The notes under the pieces: generated by a model
What the model was told of the DNA's origin: nothing
Seen by the model: the letters and a program-made list of their open reading frames with translations, nothing else
The model's database searches: none
In this document: one piece after another, positions 63,971-64,000 of the stretch
Layout of the letters: each line of letters opens with the position of its first letter
Numbering within the stretch: position 1 is the first letter of the stretch
Made by a program: the position numbers and the translations under genes
Assembly (NCBI GenBank): GCA_030390025.1
Contig: CM059430.1
Coordinates: 74,586,001-74,650,000, forward strand
Origin: Squalus acanthias
Taxonomy: Eukaryota
Length of the DNA stretch: 64,000 nt
Direction: 5' to 3'

Positions 63971-64000
63971 TATACCGACCAGTGACTTTCTTCCATTTTG

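Overview
Repeat-dominated vertebrate genomic window, most likely a cartilaginous fish (inferred from V-SINE/HE1-type and DeuSINE/SacSINE1-type SINEs, abundant CR1 LINEs and the immune gene type). There are two assembly gaps (3912-4071, 9017-9147). The only well-supported host gene is on the minus strand at ~2.9-5.4 kb: a non-rearranging Ig-superfamily receptor with a leader exon, a germline-joined VJ-type V exon and a C1-set exon, but a damaged or atypical transmembrane region. Two weak V-like relics lie at ~40.7 kb and ~56.3 kb. The rest is deeply nested transposable-element DNA: many CR1 copies; a second single-ORF LINE family whose 5' end is a tRNA-like Pol III head; two decayed two-gene PIF/Harbinger transposons (three-exon Myb/SANT gene convergent with a HARBI1-like DDE transposase); a third transposase relic; at least six related MITEs with subterminal hairpins; and a Penelope-like GIY-YIG element with an inverted pseudo-LTR and minimal hammerhead ribozyme motifs. 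All calls are by eye; family names are recognitions, not database hits.
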